NCBI GenBank assembly: GCA_963748625.1
Contig: CAVVJT010000007.1
Location: 96,001-160,000, forward strand
Direction of reading: 5' to 3'
DNA: 64,000 nt
Source: an uncultured Chloroflexia bacterium
Lineage (GTDB): Bacteria > Chloroflexota > Limnocylindria > Limnocylindrales > CSP1-4
This document shows positions 39,049 to 49,162 of this stretch, piece by piece. A program made the translations under genes and the position numbers. Position 1 is the first letter of the stretch. The number at the start of each line of letters is the position of its first letter. Under the pieces are notes generated by a model that worked only from the letters and a program-made list of their open reading frames with translations, was not told the DNA's origin and searched no databases.

Positions 39049-41312
39049 CTAGAAGCGCTCCCGCCGCACCGTCACCACCTGGCCGCGGATCGTCGCCCCG
39101 CGGAGCCTCTGGATCACGTGATCCGCGGCATCCGCCGGCACCTCCACGAGCGAGAACCCGTCAGCGATCTGGATCGCACCGATGTCCCCGCCACGAAGCC
39201 CCGCCTCGTTGGTGATGGCACCCACCAGGTCCCCTGGCCGGACCCCGGCCGCGCGTCCGGCGCCCACGAAGAGGCGCGTCACGCCGCCGGGTCCACCGGA
39301 GCCTGCATTGGGTGCGCGCAGCACCGGCCGTCCCTCAAGGTCGCGCCAGCCGCTCGCGCGGTAGCCACGTCGCGGACCGGCCGGGACGGGTCCCGACGCG
39401 GGGCCGGCACCGGCGGGGCGGACGGGCCGGACAGGACCGCCGGGGCCGCCTGGGCCGCGGTCGCCATAACTGCCGGGTCCACCGGGGCCTCCGGGGCCGC
39501 CGGGACCGCCTTGTCCGCGGTCACCGTGGAACTCCTGGCCGCCGTCGGGCGGCGGGGCTCCCGTCGGGCGCGGGCGGGGTCCCTGACCGGCGTGCGGTGC
39601 CTCCGGCTGCCCGAAGCGTTGCGGGCCGTCGAAGCGCGCGGGCCGTCGAAGCGCGGCGGGCCGTCGAAGCGCGGCGGGCCGTCGAAGCGCGGCGGGCGGG
39701 GCCTGCCCGCGTAGGCCGCGGAGCGGTCATCGCCATACCGGGGCCGCCGGGGGGGACCGCCCCTCGAGCGGTCGTAGGGCTGCGGCAGCATCGCCGGCGC
39801 GAGCTCGGTGGTGTCCTCGTCGCCGCGGGCCTCGGCATCGGCCATGGCCACGGCGGCGAGCGCGATGTCCACGAGATCGAACTCTCCCGTGAGCGCCTCC
39901 ACAACGCCGCGATAGCGCTCCGTTCCACCACCGACGAGGGCCTCGCGCAGCGAGCCGCGCAGCAGGTCCAGGCGATGCTCGCGCATGTCGGAGACCGTGG
40001 GCAGGCCGGCGATCTCGAGCGGCGCCCCCACGACGCGCTCGATGTTCCGCAGCAGGTTGTGCTCGCGGGGCTCGAGGAGCGTGATCGCCACGCCATCGCG
40101 GCCCGCCCGGCCGGTGCGCCCGATCCGGTGCACGTACGTGTCGGCAGACGAGGGAACGTCGTAGTTCACCACGTGGGTGATGATCCCGATGTCCAGGCCC
40201 CGCGCGGCGACGTCCGTCGCGACGAGCACGTCCAGCGCCCCGTCACGGAACCGCTGCATGATCCGGTCGCGCTGCTCCTGGGCAAGGCCACCATGGAGCG
40301 CCGCCGCGTCGCGACCGCGCCCGCTCAGGGCCTCGGCAAGGTCATCGACCTCACCGCGTGTCCGGGCGAACACCAGGGTTGCGGCGCCGTCCTCGAGGTC
40401 CAGGATCCGGCCCAGGGCCGCCAGCTTGTCGGCACGCCGGACCACGTACGCGACCTGGCGGACGCGGGCGTCCTCGCCCTGCAGGGGCTTCTCGCCCTCG
40501 ACGCGGACGCGGGCAGGGTTGCGCAGGTGGCTCTCGGCGAGCCTCGCGATGGGGCCCGAGATGGTGGCCGAGAACAGCGCCGTCTGGCGTTGCAGCGGGA
40601 GCGCCGAGAGGATGCGCTCGAGGTCGTCCGCGAAGCCCATGTCGAGCATCTCGTCGGCCTCGTCGAGCACGACCGTCTCGACGTGGTCGAAGCGCAGGGT
40701 GCCCCGGTCGAGGTGATCGACGGCGCGTCCGGGCGTTGCCACCACCACGTCCACGCCACGGGCGAGCCGGTGGAGCTGCGTGGTGATCGGCTGCCCACCG
40801 TACACGGGGACCACGCGCACGCCGAGGTCGCGACCGTACCGGTGCACGGCCTCCGCGACCTGCATGGCGAGCTCGCGGGTGGGGGCGAGCACGAGCGCGG
40901 AAGGGCGGCTGCCGCGACCGTCCGCGGGCACGCCCCGGTTGTCCGCGGGCTGGCCGGCGGCACGAGCCTCGTCGAGGCGCACGATCAGCCGGGCAAGGAT
41001 CGGGAGGGCGAAGGCGGCGGTCTTCCCGGTGCCTGTCGGCGCCTCGGCCAGCAGGTCGGAACCGCGCAGGAGCGGCGGGATCGCCGCCTCCTGGACGGGG
41101 GTGGGCTCCTCGTACCCGAGGGCCACCAGGGTGCGCAGGATGCGGGGGTCGAGGCCGAGCGCCGCGAAGCCTGCGGCGGGCGCGGTGGCCTCGGCAGCAT
41201 CGGCGGGCAGGCCAGAGCCGGAGGCGGTGGTGGGGGTGGCGTCGGCGGAGTCGGCGGGGGCGTTGGTGGGGGTGCCCGCGTCCGCGGACGCGTCGGGCGA
41301 GTCTTCGTTCAC
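39049..41312 (-). CDS. deaD: DEAD-box RNA helicase DeaD/CsdA-like with C-terminal DbpA domain; -1 frameshift at ~39638
   Basis: [29 protein letters not shown]. The DbpA domain (RLFVGAGR..RPGDLVGAITNEAG) is in ORF 39049..39324. Adding 1 base in the PPRFDG repeat gives a 754-aa ORF. Confidence 0.85.
39615..39697 (-). repeat. 18-bp tandem repeat (PPRFDG, ~4.5 copies)
   Basis: ccgccgcgcttcgacggc units; one copy is 17 bp. Confidence 0.9.
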
Positions 41313-41376
41313 CTCTAGATGCTACGCCCGATCGCGCTGCTGGCCCTGCCCGGCCGCGCGGGGGATACTGGGTCCG

Positions 41377-41826
41377 ATGCGAATGGTGGAAGCGGAGGCC
41401 CTCGTCGGCGCATCGCTTGACGAGGTCTGGGATCTCTACGACGACATCACGGGTGCACCACGGTGGATGCCCGCGGTGCGCGCGATCCTCTATGTCTCCG
41501 GGCCGACGCGCGCGGGCACGATCTACCGGGAGCGGACGTCCCTGCTCGGGATTCCGTCAACCGCCCAGTGGGAGGTGGTCGAGCACCGTCGGCCGAAGGT
41601 CCAGATCCGCACCACCGACGACGCGTGGATCCAGCGGGTCCTCACGCTCTCGTTCGAGGGACGCGGGTCCGGCGTGCGGGTGCACCACGTCGTGGAGCTG
41701 CGCTCGCACCTCTGGGGGCCGTTGGGCTGGCTGCACGAACAGGTGGCAGCGGTGATCGTCGCCGCGGAGCTCCGGGGGACCGCAGCGGGCGCCAAGCGGG
41801 CCTTCGAGGGTCGCCCGACGCGCTGA
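41377..41826 (+). CDS. SRPBCC (START-like) family protein
   Basis: ASLDEVWDLYDD...PRWMP; GT.YRE. Confidence 0.75.
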   Translation: MRMVEAEALVGASLDEVWDLYDDITGAPRWMPAVRAILYVSGPTRAGTIYRERTSLLGIPSTAQWEVVEHRRPKVQIRTTDDAWIQRVLTLSFEGRGSGVRVHHVVELRSHLWGPLGWLHEQVAAVIVAAELRGTAAGAKRAFEGRPTR

Positions 41827-41839
41827 TCGCGACCCGGGC

Positions 41840-43078
41840 TCAGCCGAAGGCGCGCTCGATCGCCCGTACCGCGGATCCGACACCGTCCTCCGCCCGGATG
41901 ACACCACCGAGCGCGGCCGCGGCATCACGCATCGCCTGGTCGTGCACGGCTTGGTCGAGAGCGCCCGCCAGCGATTCCCGGGTGAGCCTGCCTCGCGGCA
42001 GCGGCACCGGTCCCGCGCCCGCCGCCCGGACCCGTGACGCCCAGAACGGCTGGTCCACACCGAAGGGCACCACGACGTTCGGCACGCCGGCGCGCAGGCC
42101 CGCCCCCGTCGTCCCGGCGCCTCCGTGGTGCACGATCGCGTCGACGCGGGGGAAGAGCCAGTCGTGCGGCACGGACGTCGCAACGAAGACGTCGTCGGAG
42201 GCGCTGGGAGCGTCGGCCAGGCCGCCCCAACCGGTGAGCATGACGGCCCGGACACCGGCATCGCGCGCCGCCCCGACGACCAACGAGGTGAGTCCTCCCG
42301 GGTCGCCGCCGACCATGCTCCCGAAGCCGATGCTCACGACCGGCCGGCGCCGGTCCGCAAGGAACGCCTCGAGCTCCGCGGGAGGCGTCCACGGACCTGC
42401 GTCGAGGAACCACCAGCCCGTGACGATCCGCGGGCGCGGGCCATTGTCCGGCACCGGTACGACCGCCGGGCTGAAGCCGTACAGGATCGGGCCGTCACCC
42501 TGGAGACGGAACGGCCCATCCAGCCCGAGCTCGGCGCGACGCACCTTCGCCATCGACCCCTTGAACGGCATCCACAGTGCCAGCTCCGTCGCACGGTGGC
42601 TCAGCCGTCGCCCGAGCCCGCCGAGGATTGCCGGTGGTGAGGCGAAGAGCGCCCCGGGGTAGCGATCCGTCGGCGCCCCGACCGGCTGCAGGTGGGCTTC
42701 CAGGAACGGGATCCCGGCCGCCTCTGCGGCGGCGCGCGCGACGACCATCCCGCCGATCCCGCCCACGGCGAGGTCGATGTCGTCCATGGCGGCACGCGCC
42801 GTGCGGGTCCACTCGGCAAGGCGGCCCTCCATCTCCCGTGCGGTGGCGCGGAGTCCGCGCACGCCGCCCGACGGCATGCCGCCGCCAAGCGCGCGCGCGG
42901 CGTCCTCGACGCTGCCGCCGAGGGCGTGGAAGCCGAGGGCGTGGTCGCCCGCCATGTCCGCGGCGTTGTCGGGCGCCAGCAGCACCACCTCGTGGCCGGC
43001 GGCCTGGAGTCCAGCGCCGAGCGCCACATACGGCTGGACGCCGCCGCGGGTGTCGTTCGCGATGATCAGGACGCGCAT
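41840..43078 (-). CDS. GT1/GT28 glycosyltransferase (sterol/macrolide glucosyltransferase-like)
   Basis: TRGGVQPYVALG, GFGSM, VPHDWLFP, HHGGAGTT, PFGVDQPFW. Confidence 0.9.
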   Translation of the reverse strand: MRVLIIANDTRGGVQPYVALGAGLQAAGHEVVLLAPDNAADMAGDHALGFHALGGSVEDAARALGGGMPSGGVRGLRATAREMEGRLAEWTRTARAAMDDIDLAVGGIGGMVVARAAAEAAGIPFLEAHLQPVGAPTDRYPGALFASPPAILGGLGRRLSHRATELALWMPFKGSMAKVRRAELGLDGPFRLQGDGPILYGFSPAVVPVPDNGPRPRIVTGWWFLDAGPWTPPAELEAFLADRRRPVVSIGFGSMVGGDPGGLTSLVVGAARDAGVRAVMLTGWGGLADAPSASDDVFVATSVPHDWLFPRVDAIVHHGGAGTTGAGLRAGVPNVVVPFGVDQPFWASRVRAAGAGPVPLPRGRLTRESLAGALDQAVHDQAMRDAAAALGGVIRAEDGVGSAVRAIERAFG

Positions 43079-43094
43079 GCTCGGGTGAACCTCG

Positions 43095-43155
43095 CTCGTA
43101 CAGTGTTCGAGTGGCAGGTCCGCCACAGTACTCGTACACTGTTCGAGTCGTCAAG
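43095..43155. promoter_or_regulatory. Twin TetR operators and divergent promoters
   Basis: Near-palindromes CTCGTACAgTGTTCGAG (43095-43111) and CTCGTACAcTGTTCGAG (43131-43147); minus-strand TTGACG-N18-TACTGT spans operator 2. Confidence 0.8.
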
Positions 43156-43177
43156 CCCACCCACCGTGTCCGGTCCG

Positions 43178-43882
43178 ATGCCCCGCGAGACCCTCACCCG
43201 CGACCAGGTCGTTGCCGCTGCCATCGCCATCCTCGACGAGGAGGGCTTCGACGCGTTGTCGATGCGCCACCTGGCCGGGCGCCTGGGCACGGCGGCGCCA
43301 ACCCTGTACTGGCACGTGCGCAACCGTGACCAGCTGCTCGACCTCGTGGCCGACGAGATCGTCGGCGAGGTCGTCGTGGCCCTCGGGAACCCCAACGGCT
43401 GGCGGGCGTGGATGACGGGCCTCGCGGTGTCCCTGCGCGAGGTGCTGGCCCGACACCCGGGGGTGGGGCCGGTCATCGGGCTACGGCCGCTTACTGGCGC
43501 CAATGCCCAGATCGCCCAGGGGGGTCTCTTGCAGGCACTTCGCGAGGATGGCTTCGACGATGCCGACGCCGCCCTGGCCGCGATGACGCTGACGCAGTGG
43601 GCGTCCGGCTTCGCGGTGTTCGAGGCGCGCGATCGGCCTGGCCCAGCGGTGCCACCCGGACTGCCGGACCCGGACGCCCGTTTCGTGTATGGACTGACCG
43701 TGCTGCTCGACGGGATCGAGGTCGACATGCTGCGCCGGCGGGACGAGGACCAGCACGGCGGGGACGGGCAGGACAAGGACCGGCCAAAGGGCAAGCGCCT
43801 CCGCAAGGACGAGGATCGGCCAAAGGGCAAGCGCCTCCGCAAGGACGAGGACCGGCCAAAGGGCGATCACCGGCCGCGCTGA
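43178..43882 (+). CDS. TetR-family regulator (TetR_C type)
   Basis: LTRDQVVAAAIAILDEEGFDALSMRHLA..LYWHV; RFVYGL..LLDG. Confidence 0.92.
   Translation: MPRETLTRDQVVAAAIAILDEEGFDALSMRHLAGRLGTAAPTLYWHVRNRDQLLDLVADEIVGEVVVALGNPNGWRAWMTGLAVSLREVLARHPGVGPVIGLRPLTGANAQIAQGGLLQALREDGFDDADAALAAMTLTQWASGFAVFEARDRPGPAVPPGLPDPDARFVYGLTVLLDGIEVDMLRRRDEDQHGGDGQDKDRPKGKRLRKDEDRPKGKRLRKDEDRPKGDHRPR
43776..43865 (+). repeat. 36-bp tandem repeat (DRPKGKRLRKDE x ~2.5) in the TetR tail
   Basis: aggaYcggccaaagggcaagcgcctccgcaaggacg repeated. Confidence 0.85.
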
Positions 43883-43907
43883 CCGGACCGGCGATACCCT
43901 TGGGCCG

Positions 43908-44630
43908 ATGAGCGCCGACAACCTGCCCCGCCACCTGCCCTACGAGGGCACCCGCAATGTCCGTGACACAGGCGGTTATCCCGCCGGCGATGGCCGCATC
44001 ACCCGCTGGCGCACCCTCCTCCGCTCCGATGAGCTGACCCGTATCCCGGCCGACGTGGCCGATGAGCTGGTCGGCCTGGGCCTGCGGCGGGTGATCGACC
44101 TGCGCTGGCCGGAGGAGCTGGAGCTGAGCCCCAACGTCTTCGCGGACTCCGAGCGGATCCGCTACTCCAGCATCCCGCTGCTGGCCGACGACCCGACCCC
44201 GCACGCGGGCCTGGCCGGGATGTACCGGCACGTGCTCGACGCCCGCGGGACACAGCTGGCGGAGGTGGTCCGCGCCCTGCTCGACGAGGATGGCCTGCCG
44301 GCCGTGATCGGCTGCGCTGCGGGCAAGGACCGCACGGGGGTCACGATCGCGCTGCTCCTCGACCTGTGCGGCGTGCCGCGCGATGTGATCGTGGAGGACT
44401 ACGCGCTCTCGGCGCAGTACTTCGCGTCACCTCGCGCCCACATCGAACCCGATGACTGGCGCTCCCGCAGCCTTGTGGTGGACAGCCCGCCGGAGTTCAT
44501 GCAGAGCGCGCTCGCCCACTTGGACAACCGTCACGGAGGCGCCCGCGAGCTGCTCCGCCGCCACGGCGTGACCGATGCGGAGATGGACCGCCTCGTGGAC
44601 CTGCTCACGGAGCCCGCGCCGGGCGCCTGA
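43908..44630 (+). CDS. Tyrosine/lipid phosphatase (Y_phosphatase3)
   Basis: NVRDTGGY, RSD.L, VIDLR, P-loop CAAGKDRTG, DYALS. Confidence 0.92.
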   Translation: MSADNLPRHLPYEGTRNVRDTGGYPAGDGRITRWRTLLRSDELTRIPADVADELVGLGLRRVIDLRWPEELELSPNVFADSERIRYSSIPLLADDPTPHAGLAGMYRHVLDARGTQLAEVVRALLDEDGLPAVIGCAAGKDRTGVTIALLLDLCGVPRDVIVEDYALSAQYFASPRAHIEPDDWRSRSLVVDSPPEFMQSALAHLDNRHGGARELLRRHGVTDAEMDRLVDLLTEPAPGA

Positions 44631-44712
44631 GGGCAGGAATGCTATCCGCCCCTGGCATGCAGGGGTCATGCACCGGACCCCGGGTTCACGGTCCGAGCCC
44701 TGCACGGACTCC

Positions 44713-44772
44713 CCGGATTCCATTCCTCCACGGATAGTTCCGCCAAACCATCCTTGTGCGGATGAGGTCCGC
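44713..44772 (-). repeat. Dispersed ~60-bp repeat, copy 1
   Basis: gcggacctcatccgcacaaggatggtttggcggaactatccgtggaggaatggaatccgg; 49/60 identical to 63774-63832 by manual alignment. Confidence 0.75.
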
Positions 44773-44939
44773 TGACGGCCCGCGCCCAGGGCAGGAGCGT
44801 CGTTCGCGCCCATCGGCTCGGCAGGATGGGGCCGTCCGCCGCTCGCGCGTGTGCGCGTGACCGCACACGATCGCCGTACCGGGCGCACGATCGCCGTACC
44901 GGCGCACGCCGGCACTCCGCCCGCGCGAGGGTCACCACG

Positions 44940-47393
44940 ATGATCGCTCCGCTTGCCGCCGACCGGCTCACCCGCCGCTGCGACCGCTCTGCCTTCCCTT
45001 TCACCACGACCGCCGACCTGCCCGAGCTCGACGGCATGGTTGGCCAGGACCGTGCCGTGGAGGCTGTCGCGTTCGGCATGGCCATCCGCCAGCCGGGCTA
45101 CAACCTCTACGCGATGGGACCCGAGGGCATCGGCAAGATGACGCTGGTCCGGAGCGTGCTCGCGAGCCGCGCCGCTGCCGAGCCCGTGCCGCCGGACTGG
45201 TGCTACGTCCACGACTTCGCCGACCCGCGCCGGCCGCGTGCCATCCGCCTGCCCGCCGGCGAGGGCCGGCGCTTCCGCGACCGCATGGTCCGGCTGGAAC
45301 GCGAGCTTCGTGCCGCCATCCCGGCGGCCTTCGAGTCGGACGAGTACCGGAACCAGCGCGAGGCCATCGAAGGGGGCCTCAAGAAGCGCCGTGATGACGC
45401 CATCGAGGCCTTCGAGACCCTGGCGTCGCAAGCAGGACTCGCCGTCCTCCGCACGCCCATCGGCATCGGCCTGGCGCCATACAAGGACGGCAAGGTCCTC
45501 GAGCGCGATGTCGTCGAGAAGCTGCCCGAAGAGGAGAAGGGCCGTCTGCTGGAAGCCTCGGAACGACTCGAGGCGCAGCTGGGCGAGATGGTGAACCGGT
45601 CGTTCCCCGCCTGGGAACGCGAGGCGCGCGCCGCCGTCCGCAAGCTCGGCGAGGACGTGACGAGGCGTGCCGCCGGGCACCTGCTCGAGGAGATCCGTGC
45701 AGGGCACGCGGAGCATCCTGCCGTGATCGCGCACCTGGCGGCGCTCGAGCTGGACGTGATCGCCAACGCCGAGGAGTTCCTCGCGGCAGCCTCGCCCAAG
45801 GAGCTGCCGGCGATGCTCGCGGCCCGCCTCGAGGACGGCGCACTGTTCCGCCGGTACGGGGTCAACCTGCTCGTGGATCACGCCGACGCGACCGGCGCGC
45901 CGGTCGTCTTCGAGGACCTGCCCACCATGGCCAACCTGCTTGGCCGGGTGGAGCACACGACCTCGATGGGTGCCCTGGTCACGGACTTCACGCTCATCCG
46001 GGGCGGCGCCCTCCACCGGGCGAACGGTGGCTATCTCGTGCTCGATGCAAGACGTGTCCTGACCCAGCCCTTTGCCTGGGAGGAGCTCAAGCGGGCGTTG
46101 CGCGCGGGCGAGCTGCGGATCGAGTCGCTCGGTGATCGACTGGGGCTCGCGACGGTCTCCCTCGAGCCCGAGCCGGTGCCCCTCGACACCAAGATCGTGC
46201 TGGTCGGCGACCGGCAGGTGTACTACCTGCTGGCCGAGCTGGACGCGGACTTCCTCGAGCTCTTCAAGGTCCAGGTGGACTTCGAGGAGGAGGTGGAGCG
46301 CACGCCGGAGACCGAGGCGGCGTACGCACGTCTTGCCGGCACCATCGCACGCCGGGGCGGGCTGCGGCCGCTCGACCCGGAGGCCACCTGTGCCGTGATC
46401 GAGCGGGCGGCCCGCATCGCGGGCGACGCGGAACGGCTGTCCACCCACATGCGGCGGATCACGGACCTGCTGCGCGAAGCCGACGACCACGCGGACAAGG
46501 CGGGACGTGACGTTGTGGCCGCCGCCGACATCTCCGCCGCGGTGGACGCCGGGTGGCGGCGGTCGGGGCGGATCCATGAGCGCTCATTGGCTGAGATCGC
46601 CCGGGGCACCGTGCTCATCCCCACCACCGGTGATGCCGTGGGCACGGTGAACGGGCTCTCGGTGATCAACCTGGGCGAGGTCATGTTCGGGCGGCCGTCG
46701 CGGATCACCGTGTCGGTGCGCCTGGGCGACGGCGACGTGGTGGACATCGAGCGCGAGGTCAGCCTCGGTGGACCGCTCCACAGCAAGGGGGTGCTGATCC
46801 TGGGCGGGTTCCTGGGCGCCCGCTTCGGGCGGACGCGCCCGCTGTCCCTGCACGCGAGCCTGACGTTCGAGCAGAGCTACGGCGGCGTGGAGGGCGACTC
46901 GGCTTCGCTGGCGGAGCTGTGCGCGCTGCTGTCGGCGATCGGTGGCATTCCGCTCAACCAGGGCCTGGCGATGACCGGCTCGCTGAGCCAGCGCGGCGAC
47001 GTGCAGCCGATTGGCGGGGTGAATGAGAAGATCGAAGGCTTCTTCGACGTCTGCTCCGCTCGCGGGCTCGACGGGACGCAGGGCGTGATCGTGCCCGCGC
47101 TCAACATGCCCAACCTGATGCTGCGCGACGACGTCGTGGAGGCGTGCGCCGGCGGGCGCTTCGCGGTCTACGCCGTGCGCACCGTGGACGAGGCGATGGA
47201 GGTGCTCTCGGGGTTCCCGGCCGGGGAGGCGGACCTCGACGGTACATGGCCGGAAGGATCCGTCAACGGGCTGGTGGCTGCGGGCCTCGACACCCTCGCC
47301 GCCCAGACGCTCGCGTACATGGCGATCGCCGGGGGCAACGCGGCGGACGGGGGAAGGAACCGGCGTCGGCGCAGGAAGGCTCGCGCGACGTAG
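44940..47393 (+). CDS. LonC-type (AAA_32/Lon S16) protease
   Basis: GQDRAV, Walker A GPEGIGK, DWCYVHDF, GALHRANGGYL, GVEGDSAS (Ser), IGGVNEKIEGFF (Lys). Confidence 0.92.
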   Translation: MIAPLAADRLTRRCDRSAFPFTTTADLPELDGMVGQDRAVEAVAFGMAIRQPGYNLYAMGPEGIGKMTLVRSVLASRAAAEPVPPDWCYVHDFADPRRPRAIRLPAGEGRRFRDRMVRLERELRAAIPAAFESDEYRNQREAIEGGLKKRRDDAIEAFETLASQAGLAVLRTPIGIGLAPYKDGKVLERDVVEKLPEEEKGRLLEASERLEAQLGEMVNRSFPAWEREARAAVRKLGEDVTRRAAGHLLEEIRAGHAEHPAVIAHLAALELDVIANAEEFLAAASPKELPAMLAARLEDGALFRRYGVNLLVDHADATGAPVVFEDLPTMANLLGRVEHTTSMGALVTDFTLIRGGALHRANGGYLVLDARRVLTQPFAWEELKRALRAGELRIESLGDRLGLATVSLEPEPVPLDTKIVLVGDRQVYYLLAELDADFLELFKVQVDFEEEVERTPETEAAYARLAGTIARRGGLRPLDPEATCAVIERAARIAGDAERLSTHMRRITDLLREADDHADKAGRDVVAAADISAAVDAGWRRSGRIHERSLAEIARGTVLIPTTGDAVGTVNGLSVINLGEVMFGRPSRITVSVRLGDGDVVDIEREVSLGGPLHSKGVLILGGFLGARFGRTRPLSLHASLTFEQSYGGVEGDSASLAELCALLSAIGGIPLNQGLAMTGSLSQRGDVQPIGGVNEKIEGFFDVCSARGLDGTQGVIVPALNMPNLMLRDDVVEACAGGRFAVYAVRTVDEAMEVLSGFPAGEADLDGTWPEGSVNGLVAAGLDTLAAQTLAYMAIAGGNAADGGRNRRRRRKARAT

Positions 47394-47402
47394 CATGCGC
47401 GC

Positions 47403-47843
47403 ATGGGCAGAACCTCCGCCGCCATCGATCTCCCCTACCCCGTCGCGACCGTGTTCCGGGTGGCGACCCGCGTACCCGACCTGCCACGCTGGCTGCCCGA
47501 GGTGGTCGAGGCGGAGCTGCTTGATGCGGAGCTCGTGACCGGCAGCGGAGTGCGGCTGCGGCTTGGCCCCGCCGCCGGTGGCGCGGTCATCACGGGCACC
47601 GTGGCGGAGTTGCGCGCGCCCGAGTCGATCACGATCACGGGTTCCGGAGGGCCGGTCGGGGTGGAGGTGCGGGTCCGCCTGGTCGCCACAACGCAGGCGT
47701 CCACGCGCGTGGACCTCACGCTGGAGCTCAAGACGCCGGCGTTCCTCGGCTTCATTGCCAAGGAGGCGGAGCGGCGCATCGCGGCCGAGTTGCCGGGCTC
47801 GCTCGAGCGGTTCCGTGCCCTGGTGGACGCCGAACCCGCCTGA
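47403..47843 (+). CDS. SRPBCC family protein
   Basis: PVATVF...LPRWLP; C-terminal SLERFRALVD. Confidence 0.75.
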   Translation: MGRTSAAIDLPYPVATVFRVATRVPDLPRWLPEVVEAELLDAELVTGSGVRLRLGPAAGGAVITGTVAELRAPESITITGSGGPVGVEVRVRLVATTQASTRVDLTLELKTPAFLGFIAKEAERRIAAELPGSLERFRALVDAEPA

Positions 47844-47892
47844 TCCTCCGCATGGCACGGGCGGCGGCGGCCCGCCTGCCCGGCGCCGTGGA

Positions 47893-48273
47893 TCAGCCCG
47901 GGTAGCCCTCCACGGACACCTCGATCAGCGGGCTGTGCAGGACCATCTCGTCCAGGTCGGTCCGGTTCCAGTTCCGGGCAACCTCCTGGAGCAGCATCCG
48001 CCGCTCCAGCGGATCGGTGACGATCCGCGCGGTCGCCGGCACGTCGGCCTGGGCCAGGGCTCCCTTGAGGTGCAACGTCAGGCTGGGATCGGCCTCGAGG
48101 TTGTGCATCCAGGCGCGGGTCTTGCCCGGGCTCGGCATGCCGCTGATCACGAGGCGGCCGCCGATGTTGTGCATGTAGATCTCGATACGCCGCTGCTCGC
48201 CGGACCGACGGCCCGTGGTGGTGATGTCGAGGACCTGGTTCTGGTCGAGGGCATGACGGACCTGGTCGTCCAT
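47893..48273 (-). CDS. Deazaflavin (F420)-dependent nitroreductase-family protein
   Basis: DITTTGRRSG..RRIEI, W..NLEADP; GGAG RBS. Confidence 0.8.
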   Translation of the reverse strand: MDDQVRHALDQNQVLDITTTGRRSGEQRRIEIYMHNIGGRLVISGMPSPGKTRAWMHNLEADPSLTLHLKGALAQADVPATARIVTDPLERRMLLQEVARNWNRTDLDEMVLHSPLIEVSVEGYPG

Positions 48274-48385
48274 GGCGTGCTCCGGGGAAGGCCGGACATT
48301 CCGGGCAAGGATAGTTGACACCTCAACGATACGCCTGACTGCCGCGGGCCACAACCCACACCGGCCGGGCCTACACTCGATGCTG

Positions 48386-49162
48386 ATGCTCCGCATGGTC
48401 ACGGCCACCCGCTACGTCACGCCCCTGCGCGAGGGCGGCTCCGTCCCAGCGCTCGTCGAGGCGGACGACGACGGCCTCTATGTCGTCAAGCTGCTCGGCG
48501 CAGGCCACGGCCGCAAGGCGCTGATCGCCGAGGTCCTCGCCGGCCTGCTCGGCCACCGGCTCGGGCTCCCGGTCCCGGACCTCGTCCTCGTCCATCTCGA
48601 TGCCGCGCTTGCCAAGGCCGAGCCCGACCCGGAGCTCCACGACCTGCTCGAGCGGTCTGCCGGTCTGAACATGGGCCTGGACTTCCTGCCCGGGGCGCTG
48701 CCGTTCGTGTCCGCCGTCGGACCGGAGCCCGACCCCGAGCTCGCCGCGGACACCGTCTGGTTCGATGCGTTCACCACCAACGTGGACCGCACGCCGCGGA
48801 ACCCCAACCTGCTCACCTGGCACCGGCGCCTGCACCTCATCGACCATGGATCGGCGCTGTACATCCACCACAGCTGGAAGGACCCCGACGCGCACGCGCG
48901 CCGGCCTTTCACCCAGGTCCGCGATCACGTCCTGCTGCCGTTCGCGGGGTCAATCGAGGAGGCCGACCGCCGCCTCGCGCCGCGCGTGACGCCGGGCGTG
49001 ATCGAGGAGCTCATCGCGAGCCTGCCGGACGACTGGCTGCAGCCCGAGCCGGGCCTCCCGGACGCCGAAGCCCACCGGCGCGCCTACGCCCGCTACCTGG
49101 AGACGCGCCTCGCCGCGCCCCGGGCCTTCGTCGAGGAGGCGGAACGTGCCCGAACCGCGTGA
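48386..49162 (+). CDS. HipA-like (HipA_2) kinase
   Basis: TRYVTPLREGGS.P, YVVK, NVDRTPRNPNLL, LIDHG. Confidence 0.88.
   Translation: MLRMVTATRYVTPLREGGSVPALVEADDDGLYVVKLLGAGHGRKALIAEVLAGLLGHRLGLPVPDLVLVHLDAALAKAEPDPELHDLLERSAGLNMGLDFLPGALPFVSAVGPEPDPELAADTVWFDAFTTNVDRTPRNPNLLTWHRRLHLIDHGSALYIHHSWKDPDAHARRPFTQVRDHVLLPFAGSIEEADRRLAPRVTPGVIEELIASLPDDWLQPEPGLPDAEAHRRAYARYLETRLAAPRAFVEEAERARTA

Noticed and set aside
39049-39324. Stand-alone DbpA-domain gene
   Set aside because: It joins the upstream DeaD ORF after a single-base correction in the repeat.
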